A stretch of 64,000 nt of DNA from assembly GCF_009914755.1 (NCBI RefSeq), contig NC_060945.1, one strand, 5' to 3'. Below are positions 41,536 to 56,048 of the stretch, in pieces (position 1 is the stretch's first letter; each line of letters starts with the position of its first letter). This stretch comes from the human T2T-CHM13v2.0 reference genome, Homo sapiens. The notes below the pieces were generated by a model. The model saw only the letters and a list, made by a program, of their open reading frames with translations. It ran no database searches and had not been told where the DNA came from. A program made the position numbers and the translations under genes.

Positions 41536-42334
41536 CGTGTTAGCATGAGAATGGGACCTAGAAATTTGAACACTAGAGTTTTTGTCTTAACAACCATATT
41601 CTATTATTTTCCATATTAAAGATTGCATGCAAATCTATTGATTTATTATTGTATCGTGACACCAGATATCTTTTAAACATGTGTTTAGGATAAGAAATAA
41701 TAGAAACTTTGAATAAAATTATTTCTTATCCCAAACACATTCTCTATATGGGAGTGAAGAATGTTTCTTGGTTGGGCTGTGAATCAACTCCCCAGTTATG
41801 GTTCTCATGGCCCTTGTCTCTTCTCTAGTCTCCTAGATCTTCATACTTCTTTTTAAACCTCCTGGACTCATTTGAGGTAAACATTGCTTGCTTTCTTCAT
41901 GATTAAATAATAATTCTTTCATAATTAAGCAGTTTTCTCAGTCTGATTCCTGCCTATATGTGACTACTGAATGCTGTTAACTAAAAAATCTCTGAGACAT
42001 AGTTCAATCAGTTCAGAGGTTCATTTTGACTAGGCTAAGAGAGTGCCCAGGAAAAAGAGACGTAAGCTACAGTAGAATCTGTTGCCTGTACTTTTTCCAA
42101 AGAGGGCTTTGAGGACTCAATATTTAAAGAAGACAGAGTGGCAGAAGGGGAAGGAGTAAAGAAAAAAAAAAAAAGAGGATAGGTAGGTTGTGAGATAAGT
42201 GGTCACATTGTTGTGAGGCTTTGATTAGTGCTCACTGAATCCACATGTTACATCTAAAAGGAGGGGAAAGAGGAACATTTGATTATGTATTTTTTAAAAT
42301 ATACACTTTACATATTACAAAAATAAACATAAAT

Positions 42335-42698
42335 TACTGAGCCATAAAAAGGAATGAATTAATGGCATTCACAGCAACCTGGAAGGAGTTGGAAACTATT
42401 ATTCTAAGTGAAGTAATTCAGGAAAGGAAAATCAAACATAGTATGTTCTCACTCATAAGTGGGAGCTAAGCTGTGAGGATGCAAAGGCATAAGAATGATA
42501 CATTGGGCTTTGGGGACTCAGGGGAAAGGGTGGGTGTGGGGTGAGGGATAAAATACTACAAATTGGGTTCAATGTATACTGCTCCGGTGATGGGTGCACC
42601 AAAAATCTCACAAATCATCGCTAAAGAACTTACTCATGTAACCAAATACCACCTGTTCCTCAAAAACCTATGGAAAAAAATTAAAAATAAATAAATAA
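42335..42698 (+). mobile_element. L1PB 3' fragment inside MER4
   Basis: gccataaaaaggaatgaa...gatgcaaaggcataagaatgatac...accaaataccacctgttcc. Confidence 0.9.
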
Positions 42699-42789
42699 GC
42701 ACAGAGAAAACAGTCAAATATGCATTTGTTTCTGAGTGGTTGGGGGGATGGTTTCTAGTCTTGTTTATGTCTTGTACCTGTAAAGATAA

Positions 42790-43477
<688 letters not shown>

Positions 43478-45400
43478 TTAACCGAGAGTCATTTTAGTCT
43501 TGTAAAGTTACATAGAGTCTTTTGAAATTATGCAATTCTCCAAAACTTAAGAAATATCTGCCTACTTTTTAAAAAGTCATCTGGACTCATTTTTTTCTAT
43601 TCCATTTCACTTTGCTTTATTTGCAATACCCACATCTCTTCTTATTTTCTGGATGTACTTTTATTTGTGCTATATTCTCTTGCTATCTTTGCCCCATACA
43701 ACCCTTCTCTATCTTACATTAATTCAGAAAATTAGAATCTATCAGGCCTAGGCAGGAGAGCCATGCCATTAGTTTTTTCTCTAAACTACTTAATCCAATT
43801 GAAATAATTTCCTCAGGCTCTTATTTTAAATTGAACTTTTACTTTGATTTAAGTTGAGAGCTTTAAAAAAATGGATATGCCAACCACACAATTGTTTTGT
43901 GCTTTTTGCAAGGAGACTGAGAATAAATTGGTCTTTGTCATTCAAAGTATATGTCAAGTTTACTTGTTAATGTTTGGAGGTGAGAGTCGGTGACTCTTAC
44001 ACTAATACACCTCACTGAAAACATGTACTACCCTTACTCCTGTCATGCATATCTATCATGCATGCAGACTGGCCATATTTTTTTCTAAATATCTCTCTTC
44101 TTTGTAATAGTTTTTTTATTCTTATAATACTTTATCAAACACAGCCAACATGTATCTGCATGTTTTAAATATTTTGAGGCAATTTATCAAATTCTCTTTT
44201 GTGTAATAGAATATGATATAACTTCTGCAGAAATTATAATAAATTTCACTTAATCAAGTACTTCTGGCTTTTGTCTTTTTATGCCATAGTTACTTGCATC
44301 TTTAATTATTTGCAAAACAACATAAAGGCATTTCTAGTACTGATTCTTGTGGAGTCTTTTAATTTATTCTTTCAGTTTTCAAACAACAACTACACACGTA
44401 TTTTACATCCATAAAGTTCTTACTATATGGTAAAGGTTAGACTTGGCCCTTGAACTCATGAAGCGTAACCGGGGAGATACACATTAAATAAATGCAAAAG
44501 TACTGTTAATATTAGAGCTCTGAAAGAAATGAATGTGATTTTTAAAATAATTTATAATACCATATTATTAAATCGGAGGGTAAGAGTTTCATGTAGAAGT
44601 AATTCACGTAGAAAGGGCAAATGAATTACACTTTTTCACTTAGGTAGGGTAAAATAAAGCCCCAGAGATTGTATGTCTGTGAATTAATTAACAGGGTTAA
44701 AAGTGTGTCATACATTATAGACGAAACATATTCAGTTTGCATCAAAGGATTCAGTAAAATGAGTTTTACCTCTTTCGATTTTTAAAATTTTCACATTTAT
44801 TTTGAGAGCATACATTTGCCTTCTTGTCATTCATATAAGTTTTATAACCTGTTTTAATTTAAAATGTTAATATAGTAAATGTTGCTGACATCCTAAAATT
44901 ATGCTAATTAAATGTATTTCTGAGGAGAAAAAAGTTTCATTAGATGCTTTTATTTTTACTTTATCAATTAAAAATGAAAAAGTTAATTACTTAATGCTTG
45001 AATATATCTTCTTATGTATACATAAACTTTAGATAATCAGCTATTTACATCTTAAAATAATTAATATTAGAAGACATCATCCTAATAAACTATTTTAACA
45101 TTTATAATAAATATTTCTCAAACATTACCACCTGCACATATATAATGTTAACTTGAGTCAACCATACATATTGCTGTGAAACACTGGTAAGTAGAAAGAG
45201 ATATTTATTTGATGAAATTTTGTGCTTAATACTGTGAAAAGAAACAGTAGAAAAATAAGGCAGAAGGAATACATTGAGTTTTAGAGTTGAAGATACAGAA
45301 ATATATCTAAATGCACATATATAGTATGATTATATATATAATTCTATATGTAGTCTATATATTTTATGTAATGATAAATTTATAATTATTTATGTTTATG

Positions 45401-45710
45401 TGTTTCGTTTTGCTTTTTTTTCCCCCGAGACTGGGTCTCACTCTGTCACTCAGGCCGGAGTGCAGTGGTGTGATGATTACAAATCACTGCAGTCTGAATT
45501 TCAGGGGCTAAAGTGATCCTGCCATATCAGCCCCTTGAGTTGCTGGGACTACAGGCACATAACACCATGCCAGGCTATTTTTTAAAAAAAATTTTGTAGA
45601 GAGTCTCACTATGCTGTCCAGGCTGGCCTTGAACTCCTAGGCTCAAGTGATTCTACCACCTTGAGCTCCCAGAGTATAGGAATTACAGGAGTGAGCCACT
45701 GACCCTGGCC
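45401..45710 (-). mobile_element. AluJ
   Basis: gggtctcactctgtcac, ctcctaggctcaagtgat. Confidence 0.9.
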
Positions 45711-46474
45711 CATATATGCATTTTTTAAGATTTCAGCAATTTAGCCTTTGGGAAGAAGAAGGCTTGTAAAGCTTCTTGCAAAATAGCAATTAATTGATAA
45801 TAAAGCAAAGGCTATGTCTGCTCTTTTTGAAGCTGTTGAAAGCAATTGTAGGATCAAAGACTGTATTTTAAAACCTGAAATTATGTATAATGTAAGAGTA
45901 GCTTTTTAAAAATACAAAACAATTTGGAGGCTACAAAAGTTAAAAAGTAACACAAGAACTTGAAACATCATATAATAAATGTAATTACGTAAACATGAAG
46001 TTCTTAATTTCTTAGTATTATCCAGATACTTGTCAGGCCTCCAGAATAATATTTTAATTTAATTTCCTAAAATGTAATGCAAATATTTCAAATAATTTAA
46101 ATTTATATTGAAGTTATCTACAAAAGTGTTGAATTACTACTTTCCTAGTAGTCATTATATGCCTTCCCAAATTTCAAATGTTAAATATCTGCTCCTCAAA
46201 AATATATTTCCTGCTTTTTCATTCAAAAATTTCCTTAAAGTTTTTAATTTATATGCACTCTCTTATTCCCTTTCTTTAACCTGTTGTCTGTTTTATATTA
46301 CATTTCCTAAATTCCATAATCTACTCACCTTAGACTTCTCTAATATGCTTTTTGTCCTTTAAAAATAAGAATCAATTTTGTCATATTTTTCTTATTTTTC
46401 CAAACCTATGTGGTGCTCTTCTTGTAAAAAATAGGACAAATTTTGAAGAATCAAGCAAGAAAAACATTAGATGT

Positions 46475-48796
46475 TGATATGGTTTGGCTTTATGTCCCCA
46501 CCCAAATCTCACCTTGAAAGGCAATCCTGTAATCCCCACGTGTCAAGGGCAGGTCCAGGTGGAGGAAATTGAAACGCAGAGACAGTTTCCCCATGCTGTT
46601 CTCATGATAATAAGTCTCATGAGATCTGATGGTTTTATAAGCATCTGACATTTCCTCTGCTTGCATTCATTCTCTCTCTTTGTGCCCTGTGAAGAGGTGC
46701 CTTCCACCATGATTGTAAGTTTCCTTAGCCTTCCACAGCCATGCGGAACTGTGAGTCAATTAAACCTCTTTTCTTTATATAAGTTACCAAGTCTCAGGTA
46801 TTCTCTTATAGCAATGTGAGAACAGACTAATACAATAAACTGGTACCACAGACAGTGGGGTGTTCCTATAAAGATCCCTGAAAATGTGGAAGCAACTTTG
46901 GAACTGAGTAACCAGCAGAGGTTGGAACAGTTTGGAAGGCTCAAAAAAGACAGAAAGATATGGGAAAGTTTGGAACTTCCTAGAGACATATTGAATGGCT
47001 TTGACCAAAATTCAGACAGTGATATAAATAATGAAGTCCAGGCTGGGGTGGTCTCAGATTGAGATGAAGAACTTTCTGGGAACTGGAATGAAGGTCATTC
47101 TTGCTGTGCATTAGGAAAGAGACTGGTGGCATTTTGCCCCTTCCCTAGAGATCTGTGGAACTTTGAACTTGAGACAGGTGATTTAGGGTATCTGGAGGAA
47201 GAAATTTCTAAGCAGCATGCAAGATCTGACATGGCTGTTCCTAACAGCATACAGTCATATGGGTTCACAAAGAGATGGTCTAAAATTGGAACTTATGTAC
47301 AAAAAGGAAGCAGAACATAAAAGTTTGGAAAATTTGCAGCCTGAACATGAGGTAGAAAGGAAAAACCCACTTTCTGGGGAAAAATTCAAGCCAGATGCAA
47401 AAATTTGAATAAGTAATGAGGAACCAATTGTTAATCACCAAGACAATGGGGAAAATGTTTCCGGGGCATGTCAGAGACCTTCTCAGCAGCCCCTCCCATC
47501 ACAGGCCTGGAGGACTAGGAGGAAAAAGTGGTTTCCTGGGCCAGGTCCAGGGCCTTGCTGCTTTGTGCAATCTGATAACTTAGTGCCCTGTGTCCCAGCT
47601 ATGGCTAGATGGGGCCAACATATAGTTCATTCCATTTTTTCAGAGGGTGCAGCCCCAAGTCTTCACATCTTACATGTGGTGTTGGGCCTCTGGGTACACA
47701 GAAGTCAAGAATAGAAGTTTGGGAGCCTCCACCTAGATTTCAGATACTGCCTGGAGGTCCAGGCAGTAGTTTGCGAGGGGTGGAGTCCTCATGGAAAACC
47801 CCTGTTAGGGCAGTGTGGAATAAAAATGTGGGGTTAGAGCCCCCACACAGAGTCCCTACTGGGGCACTACCTAGTGGAGCTGTGAGAAGAAGGCCATCAT
47901 CCTCCAGACCCACAATGTGCCTACATACATCTTGCACTGTGCACATTGAAAAGCTGCAGACACTCAATGCCAGCCTGTGAAAGCAGCTGGGATGGGGGCT
48001 GTACCCTGCAAAACCACAGAGGCAAAGCTGTCCAAGGCCATAGGAGTCCACCTCTTGCATCAGCATGACCTGGATGTGAGACATGGAGTCAAAGGAGATC
48101 ATGTTGGAACTTTAAGGTTTAATGACTGCCCTATTGTATTTCAGACCTCTATGGGGCTGTAGCCCCTTTGTTTTGGCCAATTTCTCTCATTTGGAACAGG
48201 TGTATTTGCCTAATGTCTATGCCCCCATTGTATCTAGGAAGTAACTATTAATAACTTGCTTTTGATTTTACAGGCTCATAGGAGGAAAGAAATTACCTTG
48301 CCTCAGATAAGACTTTAGACTTGGATGTTGAATTAATACTGGAATGAGTTAAGACTTTGGGGAACTGTTGAAAGGGCACACAGTTGTATTTTGAAATGTG
48401 AGGGCATGTGATTTGGGAGGGACCAAGTGCCAAATAATATGGTTTGGCTTTGTGTCCCCACCCAAATATCACCTTGAATTGTAATCCCCATAATCCCCAC
48501 ATGTCAAGGGTGGGACCAGGTGGAGATGATTGAATCATGGGGGCAGTTTCCCCCATGCTGTTTTCATAATAATGACTGAGTCTCATGAGATCTGATGGTT
48601 TTTTAAGCATCTGGCATTTCCTCTGCTTGCACTCATTCTCTCTCCTGCCGCACTGTGAAGAGGTGCCTTCTGCCATGATTGTAAGTTTCCTGAGGCCTCC
48701 CCAGCCATGTGAAACTGTGAGAAAATTAAACCTATTTTCTTTATAAATTACCCAGTCTGAGTATTTTTTATAACAATGTAAGAATGGACTAATACA
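46475..48796 (+). mobile_element. Complete THE1D-like MaLR provirus (LTR 46475-46834, internal 46835-48434, LTR 48435-48796)
   Basis: Two direct LTRs t(g/a)atatggtttggc...gactaataca; TSD gatgt/gatat; internal remnant CPFPRDLWNFELE. Confidence 0.95.
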
Positions 48797-48920
48797 GATA
48801 TCAAGAAAAAGAATTAAGAAAATATGTATATGTAAAAATATATAGCCTTTCTCTCCTACGCTTATGGGCTAGCAAGAGTGGGTTTTAGTAAGCTACGTTT
48901 ATTTAAAAGCACTCAAATCT

Positions 48921-49028
48921 AGTCAGGCATGCCAGGCTACTCACACATCCTTAGGAGGCTGAGGTGGGAGGGAAACTTGAGTCCAAATCAGACTAGGTGA
49001 TATAGGAAAATTCTGTCTCGAAAAAAAT
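48921..49028 (+). mobile_element. FLAM/Alu monomer, degraded
   Basis: ggaggctgaggtgggagg...cttgagtcca; direct repeat actcaaatct on both sides. Confidence 0.75.
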
Positions 49029-49947
49029 TACTCAAATCTGAATTTGAAAGTTAAGTGCTCATACTTTTTTATTAAAGAAAAATTAAATATCTCAGAGGAA
49101 TTCTCAATTTCCAAATAAAATGATGTCTGTTGTTAACTGTTGTCAATGTTGGGAAAATGTACTAATTGTCTATTATCTTTGAACAACAGGATAGTGACAT
49201 CTTATACAATGAGGCAAACAAAACTAAATAAAAGTAATACATATTCAAGCTAAGGTTCCTTAACCTTTAAAATAAATATATTTTTAGACTGAATTTTCAT
49301 CACTTCATTGCAATTCTTTCTTATACATGTTTGTGTTTATTGGTGAATTTTATGAATATGTATTTTTAATTAAATTTTTAAAATAATTATTATAATTTTT
49401 TCTATAGTGTAATATAAGTTGTGCCCTCCTCATCCCCCAAAATAAGAATGTTTTCTCTCCTCTCTCTCTCTCCCTCCTGTATTGTGAATATTAGGATAAA
49501 ATCCTTTTTGTCAGACTCCATAAATCTAGAGCCAGGAGAGCAGGAAAAGGGAATGTTTATGCTTGCAAGTCAGAGAGTAAGACTATCTTAAAAACTTTGT
49601 AAAATAACCACACAAGAAATTATCTCTTTAGGACTATAGAAATTTAGATAAGATGCTCTTGAAAGAACACCTGTCCAGTAATGGCATCTCCACCAATGAA
49701 ATGATGCCAACTCTTACTCTCAGCCCCCAAAATTAAGAAACTCTGTATCCAAGCAGCTTATATGCAGCTCTCCTTTGCTAATAAAAATTTCCCTTTACCC
49801 TCTTCTCTCTCCTCTTTAGATTCATAAGTAGATTGCCATAACTGTGCATCACAGATTATAGTTCTCTTTTCTAATTCCTGTTAAATTTTAAATTCAACAT
49901 AGTTGGAGATGTTTTTTCTCTGATTTTTGTTTTGTTGTTGACTAATC

Positions 49948-49965
49948 TGATGTCAGAAATGGCCC
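49948..49965 (+). other. Primer-binding site, tRNA-Leu-like
   Basis: TGATGTCAGAAATGG vs TGGTGTCAGAAGTGG (complement of tRNA-Leu(CAA) 3' end, recalled), 13/15, just after the LTR end. Confidence 0.65.
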
Positions 49966-50367
49966 TGAGCTAGATTACCTTCAGAAGAGCTTGTCAACTC
50001 TTGGAACTGGCTAGGGTACAATTGAGCCATTTGTGCTGTCTGTGTTCTATGGATTGCTCTTTTCTGCCCAGTTAACTCCTCTCAGGTTGAGCTTCCTCCC
50101 TATGGTAACAGCTCCTTGTTAACTTTATTTGTGATCTGATTTGGTTAAGGCACCTTCATAAAGGATCTTACATACCTTCTGGAACTATAAAAGGCTTTTT
50201 GCCTGGCAAATTCTTTCTGGAACAAAGACTTTTTGTCTTTCTAATCTTGGCAAGTACTCTTCTGGCTTCAGTTTTATTCTGAGTTGTGTATTTACACTTG
50301 TACCTTTGGCTGTTGATGGACCTTTCTTCTCTGTTTCTGGACATTTTCTGTGATTAATAAGAAAAAC

Positions 50368-53160
50368 AATGGAACCCCAAAATTTCAAAGCATGCAAAAA
50401 AAATTTCTCTTCTGGTACCCCAGCCCAGACATTATAGTTCTCTCTCATGAATGTTTTTAAATCAATGGGAGAAGTACACTACAACTGATTTAGACATTCA
50501 ATGGCTGTCCTGGAGATCTTCTGAGTTTCTGAAATTTATCTTTCTCAGGACTAAAGTGGAAGACAACAGTCATAAAATTAAACAACCTGAGGAGAAGATG
50601 TATTAGTTTTTGCACTGCTATAAACAAATACATGAAAGTGGGTAATATATAAAGAAAACGAGTTTAATTGGCTCATCATTCTGCAGGCCGTACAGGAAGC
50701 ATGGCTGGGGAGGCCTCAGGAAACTTTCATTCATGGCAAGAGGTGAAGGAGAAGCAGGCATGTTTTACATTAGTGGAGCTGAAGGAAGAGAGAGACAGTG
50801 GGAGGCGCTACACACTTTTAAAAAATCAGATCTCACAATAACTCACTCACTCTCATGAGAAAATCACCAAAGGAGAAATTTGCCTCCATGATCCAATCAC
50901 CTTCCACCAGGCTCCAACTCCAACATTGAGGATTACAATTTGACATGAGATTTGGGCAGGGACACAGTCCGAAAGGATATTATTCCACCCTGTCTCCTTC
51001 CAAATCTCATGTCCTTCTCACATTTCAAAATACAATCATGCCTTCTCAACAGTTCCCCAAAGTCTTAACTTATTTCAGCATTAACTCAAAAGTCCAGTCT
51101 CATCTGAGACAAGGCTAGTCCCTTCTGCCTATGAACTTGGCCAAAACAAAGGGGCTAGGGGTTCATGAAAGTCCAAAACCCAGCAAGGCAATCATTAAAT
51201 CTTAAAGCTCCAAAATAATCTCCTTTGACTCCATGTCTCAAATCCAGGGCACACTGAAGCCAAGGGTGGGCGCTCAAGGCCTTGTGAAGCTCCACCCCTG
51301 TGGCTCTAGAGGGCTAAGCCCCCACAGCTTCCCAGGTGCTAGCATTGAGTACCTGCAGCTTTTCTGGGTGCATGATACAAGCTGTCAGTTTATCTACCAT
51401 TCTCCAGTCTGGAGGATGTTGGCGCTCTTCTCACAATTCCAGTAGACAATACCCCACTGGGGACTCTTCATGTGGGGGTCTGAACTCCACATTTCTCTTC
51501 CACACTTCGCTAGTAGGGGTTCTTCCTTCAGGCTTCTACCTGGACACCTAGGCTTTTCCATACATATTCTGAAATCTAGGTGGAGGCTTCCAAGCTTCAA
51601 ATCTTGCACTCTGCACACCTGCATGCTTCACTCCCCATGGAAGCCACAGAGGCATATGGATTGCACCCTCTGAAGCAGCAGCCCAAGTATCTGGGCCCCT
51701 TTGAGCCACAGCTAGAACTGTAGCAGCCGGGATGCAAGGAGCAGTGTTCTGAGGCTGTGTAGGGCAGTGGGACCTTGGCCCTGGCCCACAAAACCACGCT
51801 GTCCTCCTATGCCTCTGGGCCTGTGATGGGAGGGGCTGCCACAAAGCTCCCTGAAATGACTTCAGGTCCTCTGTCCCATGGTCTTGGCTATTAGATACTT
51901 TTCTTCCTTTTTGCTATGCAAACTTTTTATAGCCTGCTTTAATTCCTCCTATGAAAATTGATTTTTCTTTTCTACCACATGGCCAGGCTGCAAATTTTCA
52001 AACATTTACACTCTGCTTCCCTTTGTAATGTAAATTCCAATTTCAGGTAATTTCTTTGTTCATGCATATGAGCATAGGCTTGTAGAAACAGCCAAGCCAT
52101 GTTTTGAATGCTTTGCTGCTTAGAAATTTTTTCTGCCACATACCCTAAATTATCTCTGTCAAGTTCAAAGCTCCACAGATCCCTAGAGCATGAGCACAAT
52201 GCCACCAGGTTCTTTGCTAATGCATAACAAAAGTGACCTTTACTCCAGTTCACAGTAACTTCCTCATAGCCACCCAAGACCTCATCAGCTTGGGGATCTC
52301 TGTCCATATCACTGTCAGCATTTTGGTCAAAACCATTTAATAAGTTTCTAAAAAGTTCCAAACTTTCTCTCATCTTTCTGTTTTCTTCTGAGCCTTCCAA
52401 GCTGTTCCAACCTCTGCCTGTTACCCAGTTCCAAAGCTGCTTCTACATTTTCAAGTATCTTTATAGCAGTGCCCCACTCCTAGGTACAATTCAATTTTCT
52501 GTATTAGTTAGTTCTCACATTGCTATTAAGAAATACCTGAAAGTGGGTGATTTACAAAGAAAAGAGGTTTAATTGCCTATGGTTCTGCAAGCTGTGCAGG
52601 ATGCATGTCTGGGAAGGTCTCAGGAAACTTACAGTCATGGCAGAAGGATAAGGGGAAGCAGGCACATCTTACATGGCCAGAGCAAGAGGAAGAGAAGAGG
52701 GGAGCAGGTGCTACACACTTTTAACCAATCAGATCAGTGAGTAATAAGTCAGTCACTATCATGAAAACAGCATGAAAGGGAAAATTTGACCCCATGATCC
52801 AATCACCTCCCACCAGCCCCAACTCCAACATTAGGGATTACAGTGAGATTTGGGTTGGTACACAGCCCCAAAACCTATCAGAAGGCATATGTCAATAGAC
52901 ACCTTGGAACTTCTAAGCATATTTAAAATACTAAAATTGCCTCCTTATAAAACACAATCTCAAAATCAACTGAAAAGAACAAACAGTTAAAGATGAACAG
53001 AAAGTTTCTAGAAGCTTGGATTTGTTTTGTCTCTGGAGACTTTCCTTTCTCTTTTTCCCACTAGCTCCTCTTCATCCTTCTTTACCTAAATTAACTTTCC
53101 CTCCAGATTCCTCAGCACCCCTCACCCCCAAGCAAATTTAGACTCCTAAAAACCTATCTC
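50368..53160 (+). pseudogene. gag N-terminal remnant split by the MSTA provirus
   Basis: QWLSWRSSEFLKFIFLRTKVEDNSHKIKQPE before 50598 continues after 52880, followed by a Pro-rich stretch; similar in layout to the gag at 400-685. Confidence 0.6.
50599..52880 (-). mobile_element. Complete MSTA-like MaLR provirus (LTRs 50599-50982 and 52500-52880)
   Basis: Two direct LTRs starting tgtattagt; TSD gaaga/gaagg; ORF 51972-52400 is the MaLR internal remnant. Confidence 0.93.
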
Positions 53161-53822
53161 TTTAAAATGCAACTCACTGGTAATCTCTTTGGACCCCACC
53201 ATATCAACCAGCCCTGCTTCAGAATAACTAACTACTGCAAAGGGTAAGGATTTTTCAATAAGCCTTTTAGTGCTTTTGTTTCACAACCCATTCTTTTCAA
53301 TCTTTGTCTTCTTCAGGATGCCCATTCCTTTTTGCATGTTAATTCTGCCCTCCTTTCATGAATTTGGGTGTGATTTTCTGGAAAAATACCATACTGAATT
53401 TTTTTTTATGAAACAAATAATTTTAGAATGTGACAAACCAAATTGTGTTGACTCAAGCTTGAATTCCCCTGACTCCTCAAATTCTCACATTTGCTATTTC
53501 ATTCCCTCTTTAGAGAAGAAAAATAATGCCATGCTTTTACTACTAAGTCAAACACCTGCCTCTTGACTTAAATATGAAAAGGAAGACAACACTCACATAG
53601 AAAAAAGAAGACAGCACTTTGAGTCTTAACCCAAAGCACAGATCCCAACACTATCCACTAGAATACTGTAACCCATAACTGGATTGTCTTACTCTGAATT
53701 TTGTCTGCCTAAGTGCTGTTTCTTCTGCAGCCTTGTTAGTAAAGGCAACTGAGAAGATACTCATGGGATCTCCAACACCTGTATGTGTGCCTAATGTAGT
53801 GGAAACTCTCTTAAACTCACAT

Positions 53823-54365
53823 TGTAGTGAGGCAAACCTCGAAATTGGATCTCAGCCCAGAAGGCCATGTGAGTTCTTGGTTTTGCATAGAAAAGAATTC
53901 AGGAGTGAGCTCACAGAGTAAAGTGAAAGCAAGTTTATTAAGACAGTAAATAAATAAAAGGATGGCTACCCCATAGGCAGAGAAGCAGCATGGGCTGCTT
54001 AAGTGACTGCACTCATAGTTATTTCTTGATTATATGCTAAACAAGGGGTGAATTATTCATGAAATTTCCAGGAAAAGGATGGGGAATCCTGGAATTCAGG
54101 TTTTCTCCCCTTTTCAGACCGTATAGGGTAGCTTCTCGATTTTTCCATGCCATTTGTAAACTTTCATGGCACAGGTGGGAGTTTCCTTTACCATGCTAAT
54201 GCATTATAATTAGCAAATAATGAGCAGTGAGGATGATCAGTGATGCTTTCCTCACCCTCTTGGTTTTGGTGGGTTTTGGTTAGCTTCCTGACTGCATCCT
54301 GTTTTATCAGCAGGGTCTTTGTGACCTATATGTTGTTAAACAAGTCCTGCCAATTTTCTATCTCA
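53823..54365 (-). mobile_element. MER41 (C/E-like) solo LTR inserted in pol
   Basis: agtaaagtgaaagcaagtttattaag, tatgctaaacaaggggtg, ttttatcagcagggtctttgtgacct; perfect 4-bp TSD acat/acat. Confidence 0.88.
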
Positions 54366-56048
54366 ACATCACTCTCAGTATTTTATACCAGTCAACTTAC
54401 TTTCTATGACCTGCTTCTATTTGTGGCTCCTCATGTCATTTCCTCATGCTGCAATGACCATAACTCTGCAACTCCCTTGCCCTCTCCTTTAAAAGAGATA
54501 CCACATGGCTGCCCAATCCAACAGACCACCTTTTAACTTCTCAGGAGAATCTGCAAAAGACTCCTATGGAAAATGCTGAGTTGCCCTGTTTTACAGATGT
54601 CTCTCATTTAAAGAATGACACTAAAGAGTGATAATTTAAGTGTTATTTTTAAATATGAGTAAGTATTGTGCAGGCTACAATTATCCTCCTTAGAAATTGT
54701 GGAGGCAGCTCCTTTGCCTTTAGCACTTCAGCCCAGCAGATGGAATGATTTGCCTTCACTGGAGGCTGTCTTGTTGCTAAGGGAAACTTTTAATGTCTAT
54801 AAAGACAGTAGGTATGCTTTTGGAGTTGCTTATAATTTTGGAATGTTGTGGAAATGAGGAGATTTTCTCACTCTCAATGGACAAAATGGGCCATATGTAA
54901 AAGAATTACCAGATGCAACACAGCTACTTGCTGCTTTAGCCATTATCCAACTCTTTGACCGTTTAAAACTAAATGCTATGGAATCAAGAGGAAATCACCT
55001 TGCTGATAGCCTGGCAGAGAGTGCTGCCCTTAAAGTCCTACTTATTAATCAAATCTCTGCCATAATCCACCTAGAAAAATTTCTCAAATATCACCTTAAA
55101 ATAGTTACTAAAGATGCACAAAATTGGGCAACAGAGACCAAAAAAAAATTTGGAAAAATAATGGCTATTGGTTTAATGACAAAAGAACTCTGGTTTGGGC
55201 CAGATAGAAAGCCTGTTCTCTCAGACTCCATGACATTTTTGCTGTTATCTACTGTACATGATTTAAATCACTGTGCTATAGAAAAGATGATTACTTTTAT
55301 AAAATAATACTGGTGGCGTAACATTCACAAAACTGCCAAAGGTGCTTGTCTGGCCTGCCCCACGTGTCCTAAATTAAACCTTGGAAAGTAAATGCAAACC
55401 GTGCCTCACCATTTTAAACTTCCTAATGAGCCATTCATGATTTGGCAGATAAATATTATCCAGCTACCTACCACACATGGGTACAAGAATAATTCAGTCA
55501 TAATCTGATGTTCTTCCATTGGGTTGAAGCATTCCCTGAAGACAGGCCACATTCCCTGAAGACAGGCTAGAGTCCTATTAAAAAAAAAATCCATACCTGA
55601 GGCATGCCCTCAAGCTCCACAGCAAGTGACAAACTTATTTTACTGCACAAGATATAGAACAAGTGTGTGCTAATTGGCTAGCATTGTAGCACTTTTATTA
55701 TGCTTATCACTCTCAGTTCTTTGGAATTGTTGAATGCATTAATAGTATTTTAAAAACTTAATTGGAAAAGTTTATAGAAACCTTATAGTTACCATGACCA
55801 AATGCCCTACCTATAGTGCTTCAAGCTTAAGGGCAACGCTCTTTGAATTCCATAATTTTTCACATTTCCAGTAATTACGGGATGCCCCAGGCATTTGATC
55901 CCACCTTGTTTTGACCCCAAATTAATAAAAGGTGAAATGTTTCAATATTGTAAGGGTATAATCAAGGTTATGAATAAAAATTGTACTCTGATAGAACAAT
56001 ATTTTCACAGTGCACTCCTGGGAGATGAAGACCTAAAACACCATAACC

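Noticed and set aside
55530-55567. 18-bp tandem repeat cattccctgaagacaggc in integrase
   Set aside because: Ordinary post-insertion micro-duplication in a dead pol.
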